Of a DNA stretch of 64,000 bases, positions 1-10,163 are shown one piece after another. Below the pieces are notes generated by a model. That model was not told the origin of the DNA and did no database searches. It saw only the letters and a program-made list of their open reading frames with translations. How positions within the stretch are numbered: position 1 is the stretch's first letter; every line of letters starts with the position of its first letter. Source of the stretch: a phage; sequence record PZ445428.1; one strand, written 5' to 3'. Made by a program: the position numbers and the translations under genes.

Positions 1-1317
1 ATGGAAGTCTCAAGACCGTATATTAACACTACGGATATTATTGACTTTGGTATAGACAAGCGATTCTTTCGTCTACCAGTCTCTAGCATCCTAGCCCAAG
101 AGGGGATTATACCTAATGCCCCTCAGGTAGCAATTATTAATGCTCTAGAAGATCCTAGGCATCGTTTCGTAACAGCATGTGTATCACGTCGTGTAGGTAA
201 GTCATTCATAGCATATACACTTGGGTTCTTAAAACTTCTGGAACCCAATGTAAAAGTACTAGTAGTTGCACCTAACTACTCATTGGCCAACATCGGTTGG
301 TCACAGATTCGTGGTCTTATTAAGAAGTATGGATTGCAGACTGAACGTGAGAACGCCAAAGATAAAGAGATTGAGCTGGCAAACGGCTCGCTCTTCAAAC
401 TGGCTTCTGCGGCACAAGCTGACTCCGCGGTTGGACGTTCGTATGATTTCATCATCTTTGACGAAGCAGCGATTTCCGACGTTGGTGGTGCAGCATTTGA
501 CATTCAGCTACGTCCTACTCTAGATAAGCCAAACTCTAAAGCTCTATTTATCTCTACTCCTCGTGGTGGTAACTGGTTTAAAGAGTTCTATGAGAAAGGG
601 TTTAACGAAACGTTACCTGGCTGGGTATCTATTCATGGTACATATCGTGACAACCCACGTGCTGACCTGAACGATATCGAGGAGGCGCGTCGTACTGTTA
701 GTAAAAACTATTTCCGCCAAGAGTATGAGGCTGACTTCTCCGTATTCGAAGGTCAGATCTTTGATACCTTTAATGCTATTGAGCACGTTAAAGATCTCAA
801 GGGTATGCGTCACTTCTTTAAAGATGATGAAGCATTCGAAACGTTACTTGGTATTGACGTTGGTTATCGTGACCCAACAGCTGTTCTTACTATCAAATAT
901 CATTACGATACCGATATCTACTACGTACTGGAAGAGTATCAACAGGCAGAGAAAACTACTGCCCAACATGCTGCTTATATCCAGCACTGTATAGATCGTT
1001 ATAACGTTGACCGTATATTTGTAGACTCCGCTGCTGCTCAGTTCCGTCAGGACTTAGCATACGAACACGAGATCGCTTCTGCACCCGCTAAGAAATCTGT
1101 CCTAGATGGTTTAGCATGCCTGCAAGCACTCTTCCAGCAGGGTAAGATCATCGTAGATGCTTCATGCACCTCATTGATTCACGCACTGGCCAACTACAAA
1201 TGGGACTTCCAAGAAGGTGAAGAAAAATTATCACGTGAAAAACCACGTCATGATGCAAGTTCACACCTTTGTGACGCCCTGCGTTATGGAATTTACTCAA
1301 TTTCCCGTGGGAAATAA
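1..1317 (+). CDS. Terminase large subunit (ATPase/nuclease); N-terminus may be cut by the window edge
   Basis: 438-aa ORF with Walker A-like VSRRVGKSF and acidic Walker B-like FIIFDEAA; sits directly upstream of portal in a head-morphogenesis order. Confidence 0.8.
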   Translation: MEVSRPYINTTDIIDFGIDKRFFRLPVSSILAQEGIIPNAPQVAIINALEDPRHRFVTACVSRRVGKSFIAYTLGFLKLLEPNVKVLVVAPNYSLANIGWSQIRGLIKKYGLQTERENAKDKEIELANGSLFKLASAAQADSAVGRSYDFIIFDEAAISDVGGAAFDIQLRPTLDKPNSKALFISTPRGGNWFKEFYEKGFNETLPGWVSIHGTYRDNPRADLNDIEEARRTVSKNYFRQEYEADFSVFEGQIFDTFNAIEHVKDLKGMRHFFKDDEAFETLLGIDVGYRDPTAVLTIKYHYDTDIYYVLEEYQQAEKTTAQHAAYIQHCIDRYNVDRIFVDSAAAQFRQDLAYEHEIASAPAKKSVLDGLACLQALFQQGKIIVDASCTSLIHALANYKWDFQEGEEKLSREKPRHDASSHLCDALRYGIYSISRGK

Positions 1318-1376
1318 ATAAGTTTAGGATGGGATACTACTCAGTTGGTATCCCATTCCTACATTTTAAAATCCCC

Positions 1377-1405
1377 TTTACAAATTCGACATGATTATGT
1401 ATACT
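1377..1405 (+). promoter_or_regulatory. Candidate sigma70-type promoter upstream of HNH gene
   Basis: TTTACA-17 nt-TATACT. Confidence 0.3.
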
Positions 1406-1431
1406 ATATTCATACAGTTGAGGAGAATACT

Positions 1432-1869
1432 GTGGCGAGTAATGTAAAATACAAACGTGATGCAATATCACTCATGCGAGACGGTATAAAAAGTCAATAT
1501 AAAAAAGCCGCTTGCTGCGAAATCTGTGGTTGTGAAGAAGAATTAGAGCTTCATCATTACCATACAGTGTCTCTACTAGTTAAAAAATTTGCTAAAGAAC
1601 TCCAATTGGATTTCACTGACGAAGAAACAGTCCTCTCAAATAGGACGGCATTCTATGAAAGATATAGGCATGAGCTAGTAGATGACACTGTTACCCTTTG
1701 TGTCCACCATCACCAACTATTACACAAGGTGTACACTAAAGAGCCTCCCCTTTTCTCTGCTAATAAGCAGAAGGCATGGGTTCTTAAACAAAAGGAAAAG
1801 CTACAGAATCCTCACAAAGAGACACAAGTCAAGACTGAAAATAAATCAGGATTCGCAAGGTTCTTATAA
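1432..1869 (+). CDS. HNH endonuclease
   Basis: CCEICGCEE...LELHHYH...CVHHHQLLH motif (Cys pairs plus His-rich HNH core). Start moved to GTG at 1432, which follows GAGGAG (1420-1425); the track ORF begins at TTG 1345 with no SD. Confidence 0.65.
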   Translation: MASNVKYKRDAISLMRDGIKSQYKKAACCEICGCEEELELHHYHTVSLLVKKFAKELQLDFTDEETVLSNRTAFYERYRHELVDDTVTLCVHHHQLLHKVYTKEPPLFSANKQKAWVLKQKEKLQNPHKETQVKTENKSGFARFL

Positions 1870-3086
1870 TGGGTTTAAAAAGCTGGATTACTGAAAAGCT
1901 AAATCCGGGTCAACGTATTATAAGAGACATGGAACCAGTTAGTCATCGTACTAACCGAAAGCCCTATACCACAGGTCAAGCCTACAGTAAGATTGAGATT
2001 CTCAACCGAACTGCTAACATGGTCATTGATAGTGCGGCTGAGTGTTCTTATACTGTCGGAGCAAAATATAATATTGTCACGTATGCTAATGGCGTCAAGG
2101 CAAAGACTCTAGACACTCTCTTAAATGTACGACCTAATCCATTCATGGATATAAGCACATTCCGTAGACTTGTAGTCACTGACCTACTTTTTGAAGGTTG
2201 TGCGTATATCTATTGGGATGGCACAGCACTTTACCATGTCCCGGCTGCTCTTATGCAGGTCGAGGCAGATGCCAATAAGTTTATCAAAAAATTTATATTT
2301 AATAATCAGATAGACTATCGCGTAGATGAGATTATCTTTATAAAGGATAACAGTTACGTGTGTGGCACAAACTCTCAAATTTCTGGACAATCTCGTGTTG
2401 CTACTGTTATTGACTCTCTTGAGAAGCGTTCTAAAATGCTCAACTTTAAAGAGAAGTTCCTCGATAACGGCACCGTGATTGGTCTTATTCTTGAGACGGA
2501 TGAAATCCTGAACAAGAAATTGCGTGAGCGTAAACAAGAAGAATTACAACTCGATTATAATCCTAGTACGGGTCAGTCTACTGTCCTGATTCTAGATGGT
2601 GGTATGAAAGCAAAACCGTACTCCCAAATATCCTCATTTAAAGATCTAGACTTTAAAGACGACATTGAACGTTTCGATAAGAGCGTCTGTCTGGCTTTTG
2701 GTGTTCCGCAAGTTCTGATTGATGGTGGTAATAACGCTAATATTCGACCAAACATCGAATTGTTCTACTACATGACAATCGTTCCTATGCTGAACAAACT
2801 GACTAGTTCTCTTACTTTCTTCTTTGGTTACAAGATTACTCCTGATACTAAGGAAGTAGTTGCGTTAACTCCAGATAAGGAAGCTGAGGCTAAACATTTA
2901 ACCTCTCTGGTTAATAACGGTATCATGACTGGTAACGAAGCTCGACAAGAGCTGAACCTTGAACCTTTAGATGATGAGCAGATGAATAAGATTCGTATTC
3001 CTGCTAACGTTGCTGGTTCTGCTACAGGTGTATCTGGTCAAGAAGGTGGTAGACCGCAAGGTTCCGCCGAAGGGGATGAAGAATGA
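1869..3086 (+). CDS. Portal protein
   Basis: 405-aa ORF between terminase and protease/capsid genes; start overlaps upstream stop (TAATG); size and position typical of siphovirus portal. Confidence 0.75.
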   Translation: MGLKSWITEKLNPGQRIIRDMEPVSHRTNRKPYTTGQAYSKIEILNRTANMVIDSAAECSYTVGAKYNIVTYANGVKAKTLDTLLNVRPNPFMDISTFRRLVVTDLLFEGCAYIYWDGTALYHVPAALMQVEADANKFIKKFIFNNQIDYRVDEIIFIKDNSYVCGTNSQISGQSRVATVIDSLEKRSKMLNFKEKFLDNGTVIGLILETDEILNKKLRERKQEELQLDYNPSTGQSTVLILDGGMKAKPYSQISSFKDLDFKDDIERFDKSVCLAFGVPQVLIDGGNNANIRPNIELFYYMTIVPMLNKLTSSLTFFFGYKITPDTKEVVALTPDKEAEAKHLTSLVNNGIMTGNEARQELNLEPLDDEQMNKIRIPANVAGSATGVSGQEGGRPQGSAEGDEE

Positions 3087-3565
3087 TTGATTATGATGGT
3101 CTGAAGGCCATTTTTGGTGAGAAGTTACCAGAATCTCATATCTTCTTTGCTACGGTTGCAGCACACAAGTTTGTTCCGAACTACACTACTCTACGTAAAG
3201 AGTTCGGAATGACCACTGCACATACCAACCGCAAGGTTTGGAATAAGTTCAAAGAAGCTTACGAAGTTACTGCTCCGGTTGTCCCGGCTCTAGCTTTCAC
3301 GAAGAATCTGGCTAAAACTCTAGCTATTGAAGAAGGCACAGCAATTAATCTAGGTGTTACGGTTACTGGTGGTACTGCACCATATACGTATGCTTGGACT
3401 AAAGATGGTTCTCCACTGAGTGGTGCTACCGGCCCTAACTTCAATAAAGCAACCGCGGCTGCAGGAGATGCAGGTACTTACAAAGTCGTAGTAACGGATA
3501 GTAAATCTACCGCCATTACTTCTAACGAGTGTGTAACTACTGTTAATCCTGCTGCTGGAGGCTAA
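3083..3565 (+). CDS. Capsid decoration protein with C-terminal Ig-like domain
   Basis: 160 aa; C-terminal TVTGGTAPYTYAWTKDGSPL...GTYKVVVTD is an Ig-like fold signature; position between portal and protease matches T5-type decoration protein. Confidence 0.55.
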   Translation: MIDYDGLKAIFGEKLPESHIFFATVAAHKFVPNYTTLRKEFGMTTAHTNRKVWNKFKEAYEVTAPVVPALAFTKNLAKTLAIEEGTAINLGVTVTGGTAPYTYAWTKDGSPLSGATGPNFNKATAAAGDAGTYKVVVTDSKSTAITSNECVTTVNPAAGG

Positions 3566-3568
3566 TAA

Positions 3569-4198
3569 ATGACAAATGCTGCAATTGACTATAACAAGTT
3601 AAAATCAGCACCGGTTCATTTAGACGCTTACGTTAAGTCTATTGATAGCGAGTCCGAAGGTGTAGTTAAGATCCGTGGATTCGCTAATACAATTAGTAAA
3701 GATCGCGCTGGTGATGTGATTCCTGCTTCGGCATGGAAAACATCAAATGCACTTACTAACTACATGAAAAACCCGATTATTCTTTTCGGCCACGACCATC
3801 GTCGTCCAATCGGTAAGTGTATTGATCTTAATCCTACAGAGATGGGGCTTGAGATTGAATGTGAAGTTTATGAAGCTTCCGACCCTGCGATTTTTGCACT
3901 AATTAAAAACGGTGTACTGAAAACTTTTAGTATTGGATTCCGCTGCCTAGATGCAGAATGGGATGAAGCTACTGATATTTTTATTATTAAAGATTTAGAA
4001 CTATACGAAGTCTCGGTAGTTTCTGTACCGTGTAACCAAGACTCTACTTTTAACCTAGCTAAGAGTATGAATGGTCATGATTACACTGAATGGCGTAAAT
4101 CTTTTACTGCAACAAGTTCTAAAGCTGTCCCAGCTCAAGAACGTAATCTTTCTGAACTAGAAAAACTTGCGATAGCTTTAGGCTACGTTAAAGAATAA
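3569..4198 (+). CDS. Prohead maturation protease
   Basis: 209-aa ORF immediately upstream of major capsid gene, preceded by GGAGGC RBS; HK97-like head module order. Confidence 0.6.
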   Translation: MTNAAIDYNKLKSAPVHLDAYVKSIDSESEGVVKIRGFANTISKDRAGDVIPASAWKTSNALTNYMKNPIILFGHDHRRPIGKCIDLNPTEMGLEIECEVYEASDPAIFALIKNGVLKTFSIGFRCLDAEWDEATDIFIIKDLELYEVSVVSVPCNQDSTFNLAKSMNGHDYTEWRKSFTATSSKAVPAQERNLSELEKLAIALGYVKE

Positions 4199-4215
4199 CG
4201 GAGAATTATTTAAAA

Positions 4216-5592
4216 ATGACTATTGATATTAATAAGCTGAAGGAAGAACTTGGTCTGGGTGATCTGGCTAAATCTCTGGAAGGTCTGACTGCTGCTCAGA
4301 AAGCTGCGGAAGCTAAGCGTCTGCGTGAAGAGCAGGAAGAAAAAGAACTGGCTCGTATGAATGACCTGGTTGCTAAAGCTGTTGGCGAAGATCGTCAGAA
4401 AATGCAGGAAGCTCTGGATCTGGTTAAATCTCTGGACGAAAAGTCTAAGAAGAGCGCAGAACTGTTTGCACAGACGGTAGAGAAGCAGCAGGAAACCATC
4501 GTTGGTCTTCAGGACGAAATCAAATCTCTCCTGGCGGCACGTGACGGTCGTTCTTTCGTAGCTGACAACATCTCCAAAGCACTTCGTGGTGATCAGAACG
4601 CTTTCGAGGACGAAGTTGAAAAACTGGTTCTTCTGTCCTATGTAATGGAGAAAGGCGTATTTGATACTGACCATGGTCAGGCTCACCTGAAAGCTGTAAA
4701 CGCTTCATCTTCTGTTGAAGTATCTAGCGAATCTTACGAAACTATCTTCTCCCAGCGTATCATCCGTGATCTGCAGAAAGAACTGGTAGTTGGTGCTCTG
4801 TTCGAAGAACTGCCAATGTCCAGCAAACTTCTGACTATGCTGGTTGAGCCAGATGCTGGTCGCGCTACTTGGGTAGATGCTTCTACTTACGGTACTGATG
4901 CTACTACTGGTAACGAAGTTAAAGGTGCTCTGACTGAAATTCAGTTCAAGACCTACAAACTGGCTGCTAAGTCCTTCATCACTGATGAAACTGAAGAAGA
5001 TGCTATCTTCTCCCTGCTGCCTCTGTTACGTAAGCGTCTGATCGAAGCACACGCTGTTTCTATCGAAGAAGCTTTCATGACTGGTGACGGTTCTGGTAAG
5101 CCTAAAGGTCTGTTGACTCTGGCTTCCGAAGACAGTGCTAAAGTTGTTACCGAAGCTAAAGCTGACGGTTCCGTACTGGTAACTGCTAAGACTATCTCTA
5201 AGCTGCGTCGTAAACTGGGTCGCCACGGTCTGAAGCTTTCCAAGCTGGTACTGATCGTGTCTATGGATGCTTATTACGATCTGCTGGAAGATGAAGAATG
5301 GCAGGACGTTGCTCAGGTTGGTAACGATGCTGTTAAACTGCAGGGTCAGGTTGGTCGTATTTACGGTCTGCCGGTTGTAGTTTCTGAGTACTTCCCAGCT
5401 AAGGCTGCTTCTGCAGAATTCGCAGTAATCGTCTACAAGGACAACTTCGTAATGCCGCGTCAGCGTGCTGTTACTGTTGAACGTGAGCGCCAAGCTGGCA
5501 AACAGCGTGACGCATACTACGTTACTCAGCGTGTTAACCTGCAACGTTACTTCGAGAACGGCGTTGTATCCGGTGCTTACGCTGCATCTTAA
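4216..5592 (+). CDS. Major capsid protein precursor (N-terminal coiled-coil scaffold/delta domain)
   Basis: 458 aa; N-terminal roughly 150 aa strongly coiled-coil and charged; highly biased codon usage (ctg/cgt/gct); followed by a strong hairpin terminator. Confidence 0.85.
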   Translation: MTIDINKLKEELGLGDLAKSLEGLTAAQKAAEAKRLREEQEEKELARMNDLVAKAVGEDRQKMQEALDLVKSLDEKSKKSAELFAQTVEKQQETIVGLQDEIKSLLAARDGRSFVADNISKALRGDQNAFEDEVEKLVLLSYVMEKGVFDTDHGQAHLKAVNASSSVEVSSESYETIFSQRIIRDLQKELVVGALFEELPMSSKLLTMLVEPDAGRATWVDASTYGTDATTGNEVKGALTEIQFKTYKLAAKSFITDETEEDAIFSLLPLLRKRLIEAHAVSIEEAFMTGDGSGKPKGLLTLASEDSAKVVTEAKADGSVLVTAKTISKLRRKLGRHGLKLSKLVLIVSMDAYYDLLEDEEWQDVAQVGNDAVKLQGQVGRIYGLPVVVSEYFPAKAASAEFAVIVYKDNFVMPRQRAVTVERERQAGKQRDAYYVTQRVNLQRYFENGVVSGAYAAS

Positions 5593-5613
5593 TACAGGCT
5601 TTTCAGCCGATAA

Positions 5614-5637
5614 GGAGAGCTTCGGCTCTCCTTTTTT
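5614..5637 (+). terminator. Rho-independent terminator after major capsid gene
   Basis: GGAGAGC-TTCG-GCTCTCC hairpin followed by TTTTTT. Confidence 0.7.
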
Positions 5638-5651
5638 ATTGGGAAAAATAA

Positions 5652-6164
5652 ATGCAAATCATCACTGTTGAAGATTACAGACTATATGCTAACGCAAAAC
5701 GTCCTGAAATTGAAACACAAGTAGATATGATGATTAAAGCTGCCAATACGCTGATTACTAGCCTTCTAGGTATGGACGACGCGGATGCGGTAGATCAATT
5801 AATCACTACTAAACCTAGCCGTAGGAAATACTTTTTGAGTTCTCCTTCTGCTACATCAGTCACAAAGATGACTATTAATGAGAATGAAATAGCCCCGGAA
5901 CAGTATAAACTGTATCCAGATGGTGTTATTCTCCTTAAATTTAATCCACCAGAAGGGTATATGGATGTAGAATATACGCAAGGTGGTTTCAACCCAATGC
6001 CTGAAGATCTCAAGCTGGCTGCATGTCTATTAGTAGATCACTGGCATAAACAAGATTATCGTCAAGCCAAGACTATTGGTGGTGAAACAGTAACGTTTAA
6101 CAATACTAAGTCAGGTATTCCTGAGCATATTCGTACAATCATCGAAGTCTATAGGAGAGTATAA
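5652..6164 (+). CDS. Head completion / head-tail adaptor protein (putative)
   Basis: 170-aa ORF directly after capsid gene terminator; assignment by gene order only. Confidence 0.4.
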   Translation: MQIITVEDYRLYANAKRPEIETQVDMMIKAANTLITSLLGMDDADAVDQLITTKPSRRKYFLSSPSATSVTKMTINENEIAPEQYKLYPDGVILLKFNPPEGYMDVEYTQGGFNPMPEDLKLAACLLVDHWHKQDYRQAKTIGGETVTFNNTKSGIPEHIRTIIEVYRRV

Positions 6165-6931
6165 TGTCTCTTTCTGATCTAGCTAGACAGATTATCAAAG
6201 AGCAGCTAGATACAGCAGGACGATCTGAAAATAATAAGAACACTGTTGTGTATACTGTTGAAACTGGGCTTAAAGATCCGAAAAGGGATGGTACTGTTGC
6301 GCAAGTATCATTCAAGTTCTCTAAACCAGTATCGCAGGACTTATTAAACGTGAGGACAGCCTCTATCTTGAAGGCTGTTTCCGCCAACTTAGATCTTTCT
6401 GGTGACTTAGGCGCTCTGGAAAATCTCATACAAGCCACGGCAGGCAAAAGATCAGCCGTTGGTAAGAAACGCTCAACTGGTAGGGTTCAAGTAAACTTTG
6501 GTGATCCTAGAGATACTGAAGATGGTTATTCAGGTGCAGTTACAGGTGCGGCTGGACGATTCGTTTCAAATAGTAACATGAAGGCTATCTTGGAGATAGT
6601 AGCTAAAGAATATCTTATTAAGGATATGAAGAAAGCAGGAGCGCCACTGAAATTCAGAACTGGACGTTTTGCTAACTCCCTTAAAATCAAAGATGTTATG
6701 TTACGTGATGCTGAAACAAGTCGTGGTGCTCCTGAACTTAATGTGACCTACAATTATATGGTTAGACCTTACTCAGTATTCAACCCCGCAGTATCCACCT
6801 ATCGCAGACTGTCTTTACGTCCTTACCCTGGGGCGAGAAACCCACAAAAACTTATTGGGGAAGCGATAGCTAAAGCTGCAAGAGACCTGATTCACTCTAG
6901 ATATAAAATCAAGGTTAATCAAGGAACCTAA
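6164..6931 (+). CDS. Structural protein, head-tail joining region (hypothetical)
   Basis: 255-aa ORF with AGGAGAG RBS, start overlaps upstream stop; synteny only. Confidence 0.35.
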   Translation: MSLSDLARQIIKEQLDTAGRSENNKNTVVYTVETGLKDPKRDGTVAQVSFKFSKPVSQDLLNVRTASILKAVSANLDLSGDLGALENLIQATAGKRSAVGKKRSTGRVQVNFGDPRDTEDGYSGAVTGAAGRFVSNSNMKAILEIVAKEYLIKDMKKAGAPLKFRTGRFANSLKIKDVMLRDAETSRGAPELNVTYNYMVRPYSVFNPAVSTYRRLSLRPYPGARNPQKLIGEAIAKAARDLIHSRYKIKVNQGT

Positions 6932-6934
6932 TAA

Positions 6935-7420
6935 ATGGATCACAGAACAAGTATTGCACAAGCGCTGGTTGATCGAATCTCCAAGCAAATGGACGGATCT
7001 CAGCCAGATGAGTATTTTAACAACCTTTATGGAAACGTTTCTCGTCAAACTTATAGATTTGAGGAAATCCGAGAATTCCCTTACGTGGCAGTTCATATAG
7101 GAACTGAAACTGGGCAGTATCTTCCTTCAGGTCAACAGTGGATGTTTTTAGAACTTCCAATTCTGGTCTATGACAAAGAAGAAACAGATATTCAAGAGCA
7201 ACTTGAAAAACTCGTAGCTGACATAAAAACCGTCATTGACACAGGTGGAAATTTAGAATATACTGTTAGTAAACCTAATGGATCGACCTTCCCATGTGAG
7301 GCAACTGATATGAGCATCACGTCAGTTAGTACAGATGAGGGTCTACTGGCCCCATATGGTTTAGCGGAAATAAATGTAACAGTGCGCTATATGCCACCTA
7401 AGCGTGCATTACGCAGATAA
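6935..7420 (+). CDS. Tail terminator/completion protein (putative)
   Basis: 161-aa ORF immediately upstream of tail tube gene; synteny only. Confidence 0.35.
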   Translation: MDHRTSIAQALVDRISKQMDGSQPDEYFNNLYGNVSRQTYRFEEIREFPYVAVHIGTETGQYLPSGQQWMFLELPILVYDKEETDIQEQLEKLVADIKTVIDTGGNLEYTVSKPNGSTFPCEATDMSITSVSTDEGLLAPYGLAEINVTVRYMPPKRALRR

Positions 7421-7446
7421 GTTACAGATTAGGAGAATATAAATAA

Positions 7447-8856
7447 ATGTCTTTACAACTATTACGTAATACTCGAATCTTCGTGTCTACGGTTAAGACT
7501 GGTCACACCAAAGAAAACACGCAAGAGATTCTAGTTCAAGATGATATTTCTTGGGGTCAGGACAGTAACTCAACCGATATTACTGTTAACGAAGCTGGTC
7601 CGCGTCCAACTCGTGGTTCAAAACGTTTCAACGACTCCTTGAACGCTGCTGAGTGGAGCTTCTCTACTTACATCCTGCCTTACGCGGATAAAACTACTGG
7701 TAAGCAGATCGTTCCAGACTATATGTTATGGCATGCGCTCTCTAGTGGTAAGCCTATCGATCTCGATGGTGATACTGGAGCTCATACTAACGAAACCAAC
7801 TTCATGGTTAACTTTAAGGATAACGCATATCACGAACTGGCTATGCTGCACATTTATATCCTTACTGATAAAGCCTGGAGTTACATTGATTCCTGTCAGA
7901 TCAACCAAGCCGAAGTAAACGTAGATATCGAAGATATCGGTCGTGTAACTTGGTCGGGTAACGGTAACCAGCTGATTCCTTTGGATTCACAGCCATTTGA
8001 CCCTGATACTGTAGGTATCGATGATGAAACTTACATGACTATCCAGAGTTCTTATATTAAGAACAAATTAACTATCCTGAAGATCAAGGATATGGATACT
8101 GGTAAGGCATATGATATTCCGATCACTGGTGGTAGCTTCACAATCAACAACAACATCACCTACCTGACTCCGAACATCATGTCCCGTGTAAACATTCCAA
8201 TCGGTTCCTTTACTGGTGCATTCGAACTAACTGGTTCTCTGACTGCTTATCTGAACGATAAAGCTCTAGGTTCTATGGATCTGTACAAAGATCTGATTAA
8301 GACCCTGAAAGTAGTTAACCGTTTCGAAATTGCCCTGATTCTTGGTGGTGAATACGATGATGAGCGCCCTGCAGCTGTTCTGGTCGCTAAGCAAGCCCAC
8401 GTTAACATCCCAACTATCGAGACTGACGATGTACTTGGTACTTCTGTTGAGTTCAAGGCTATCCCTACCGATCTGGATACAGGTGATGAAGGTTACCTTG
8501 GTTTCTCTAACAAGTATACCAAAACTACTATCGCTAACCTGATTGCTACAGGTGACGGTGGTCAAGTTGCTCCGGTTCCAGTTACTGGCATTACTGTTAA
8601 GTCTGCTGGTGACGCTACTTCAGTTGAAAACAGCGCAACTCTTCAGATGACTGTAGATGTTCTGCCTGCTGAAGCTACGAACAAGGCTGTAACTTGGTCT
8701 ATCTCTTCTGGTACTGCTGCTACTATTGACGCAACTTCTGGTCTTCTGACTGCTGATGCTTCTAAAACTGGTGCAATTACGGTCAAAGCGGTAGCTAAAG
8801 ACGGTTCTGGTGTAGAAGGTACTAAGAGCATTACAGTTACTGCTTCTGGTGGCTAA
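7447..8856 (+). CDS. Major tail tube protein with C-terminal Ig-like (Big_2-type) domain
   Basis: 469 aa; AGGAGA RBS; C-terminal ITVKSAGDATSVENSATLQMTVDVLPAEATNKAVTWSISSG...ITVKAVAKDGSG resembles bacterial Ig-like domains; position upstream of tape measure. Confidence 0.75.
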   Translation: MSLQLLRNTRIFVSTVKTGHTKENTQEILVQDDISWGQDSNSTDITVNEAGPRPTRGSKRFNDSLNAAEWSFSTYILPYADKTTGKQIVPDYMLWHALSSGKPIDLDGDTGAHTNETNFMVNFKDNAYHELAMLHIYILTDKAWSYIDSCQINQAEVNVDIEDIGRVTWSGNGNQLIPLDSQPFDPDTVGIDDETYMTIQSSYIKNKLTILKIKDMDTGKAYDIPITGGSFTINNNITYLTPNIMSRVNIPIGSFTGAFELTGSLTAYLNDKALGSMDLYKDLIKTLKVVNRFEIALILGGEYDDERPAAVLVAKQAHVNIPTIETDDVLGTSVEFKAIPTDLDTGDEGYLGFSNKYTKTTIANLIATGDGGQVAPVPVTGITVKSAGDATSVENSATLQMTVDVLPAEATNKAVTWSISSGTAATIDATSGLLTADASKTGAITVKAVAKDGSGVEGTKSITVTASGG

Positions 8857-8860
8857 TTAA

Positions 8861-9757
8861 ATGTACTACTCTCTAATGCGAGAGTCGAAAGTTATAGTTG
8901 AGTACGATGGCAGGGCGTATCACTTTGACGCTCTGTCAAACTATGATATCAATACCTCCTACGAGGAATTTAAAACTCTTCGTAGGACTATTCATCGCAG
9001 AACCAACTATGCTGACTCTGTTATTAACGCACAAGCTCCATCATCAATATCGCTGGCTATAAATTTTAGTAATACCCTTACTGAGGCTAACTTCTTTGAA
9101 TGGATGGGCTTTGATAGAGAGGGTACTACCTTCCTACTACCACTTTATAGCACGAATATTGAACCAACAATGTTTAATATCTACATAGTTAATAAAGATA
9201 ATAACTGTGTATATTTTGAAAACTGTTTTGTATCTAACGTTGACTTCTCACTTGATAAGAATGTCCCTGTGCTGAATGTTGGTATTGAGTCTGGTAAGTT
9301 CTCTGAGGTATCCACGTACACTCCTGCTGGTATTGTTCAAGGCGAGGTTATGTCTTACAGCCCTCCTAGAGTAGCTACAAACAGTAATATTTTACCTGCT
9401 CTTTTATCCGCTTCTATGTCCTTCCAGCAGCAATGCTCTTGGAGAGAAGATAAAAGCGTATTTGACATAAACAAAATATATAATAATAAAAGAGCTTATG
9501 TTAATGAGATGAATGCTTCGGCAACAATTGCGTTCTACTACACCAAGCGATTTGCTGGTGATATGTTCTACAATATTGAACCTGAGACTGATATCCCTTT
9601 AACTATACGAAATGAACATATTTCGGTTGATTTCCCTTCAGCACGTATAACAAAACGCCTACAATTCTCGGATCTGTACAGGATTGAGTGGGATGTAATT
9701 CCTACTGCTGATTCTGATCCGGTAAGAATCGACTTCTTTGGAGAAATAAAGAAATGA
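8861..9757 (+). CDS. Minor tail protein (tail-tube-like, putative)
   Basis: 298-aa ORF between tail tube and tape measure genes; synteny only. Confidence 0.4.
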   Translation: MYYSLMRESKVIVEYDGRAYHFDALSNYDINTSYEEFKTLRRTIHRRTNYADSVINAQAPSSISLAINFSNTLTEANFFEWMGFDREGTTFLLPLYSTNIEPTMFNIYIVNKDNNCVYFENCFVSNVDFSLDKNVPVLNVGIESGKFSEVSTYTPAGIVQGEVMSYSPPRVATNSNILPALLSASMSFQQQCSWREDKSVFDINKIYNNKRAYVNEMNASATIAFYYTKRFAGDMFYNIEPETDIPLTIRNEHISVDFPSARITKRLQFSDLYRIEWDVIPTADSDPVRIDFFGEIKK

Positions 9758-10158
9758 TTAACTTAAAAGATATTACCCTAGATACTCGCTCTGTTACGCT
9801 TTCCTACCCTGGTATGCCTAACTTTAAGCTTGAACTGAACTACATGTCTCGTGCTACCTCTAAGCGTGTTATTGCTTCTGCAAAACGTGATGAGTGGGTT
9901 AACGGTACACTGTTACAAGTTCAGGATGATGACAAGTTCATCGAAGCTTTCGTTGACTCTGCTATCAAAGGTTGGACTGGTCTGACTATTGGTGATGTTG
10001 AGAAGCTGATGCTGATTGAAACTGAAGCTGATCCATCTACCGAAGTTCCTTTTAGCCGCGATAATGCTGTGATGCTAATGCAGAACTCTGCTGCGTTTGA
10101 TTCTTGGATCAACCAGACAGTGTTCCACTTAGACACTTTTCGTAGCCCAAAAGCGTAA
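9754..10158 (+). CDS. Tail assembly chaperone candidate
   Basis: 134-aa acidic ORF directly upstream of tape measure region; position typical of chaperone. Confidence 0.35.
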   Translation: MINLKDITLDTRSVTLSYPGMPNFKLELNYMSRATSKRVIASAKRDEWVNGTLLQVQDDDKFIEAFVDSAIKGWTGLTIGDVEKLMLIETEADPSTEVPFSRDNAVMLMQNSAAFDSWINQTVFHLDTFRSPKA

Positions 10159-10163
10159 ACAAC

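Noticed and set aside
4210-4686. Antisense ORFs inside large genes (4210-4686 in capsid; 5026-5544; 28055-28654 in SbcC-like; 36097-36480 in polymerase; 39579-40130 in the HTH-repeat gene)
   Set aside because: They overlap well-supported genes on the opposite strand, have low-complexity or odd composition and no RBS; treated as frame shadows
10147-10158. Canonical -1 slippery heptamer C CCA AAA G at the end of the tail-chaperone-like ORF, suggesting a programmed frameshift fusion
   Set aside because: The -1 frame hits a stop (TAG) within about 6 codons, and the downstream ORF is in the +1 frame, so a standard -1 chaperone fusion is not supported
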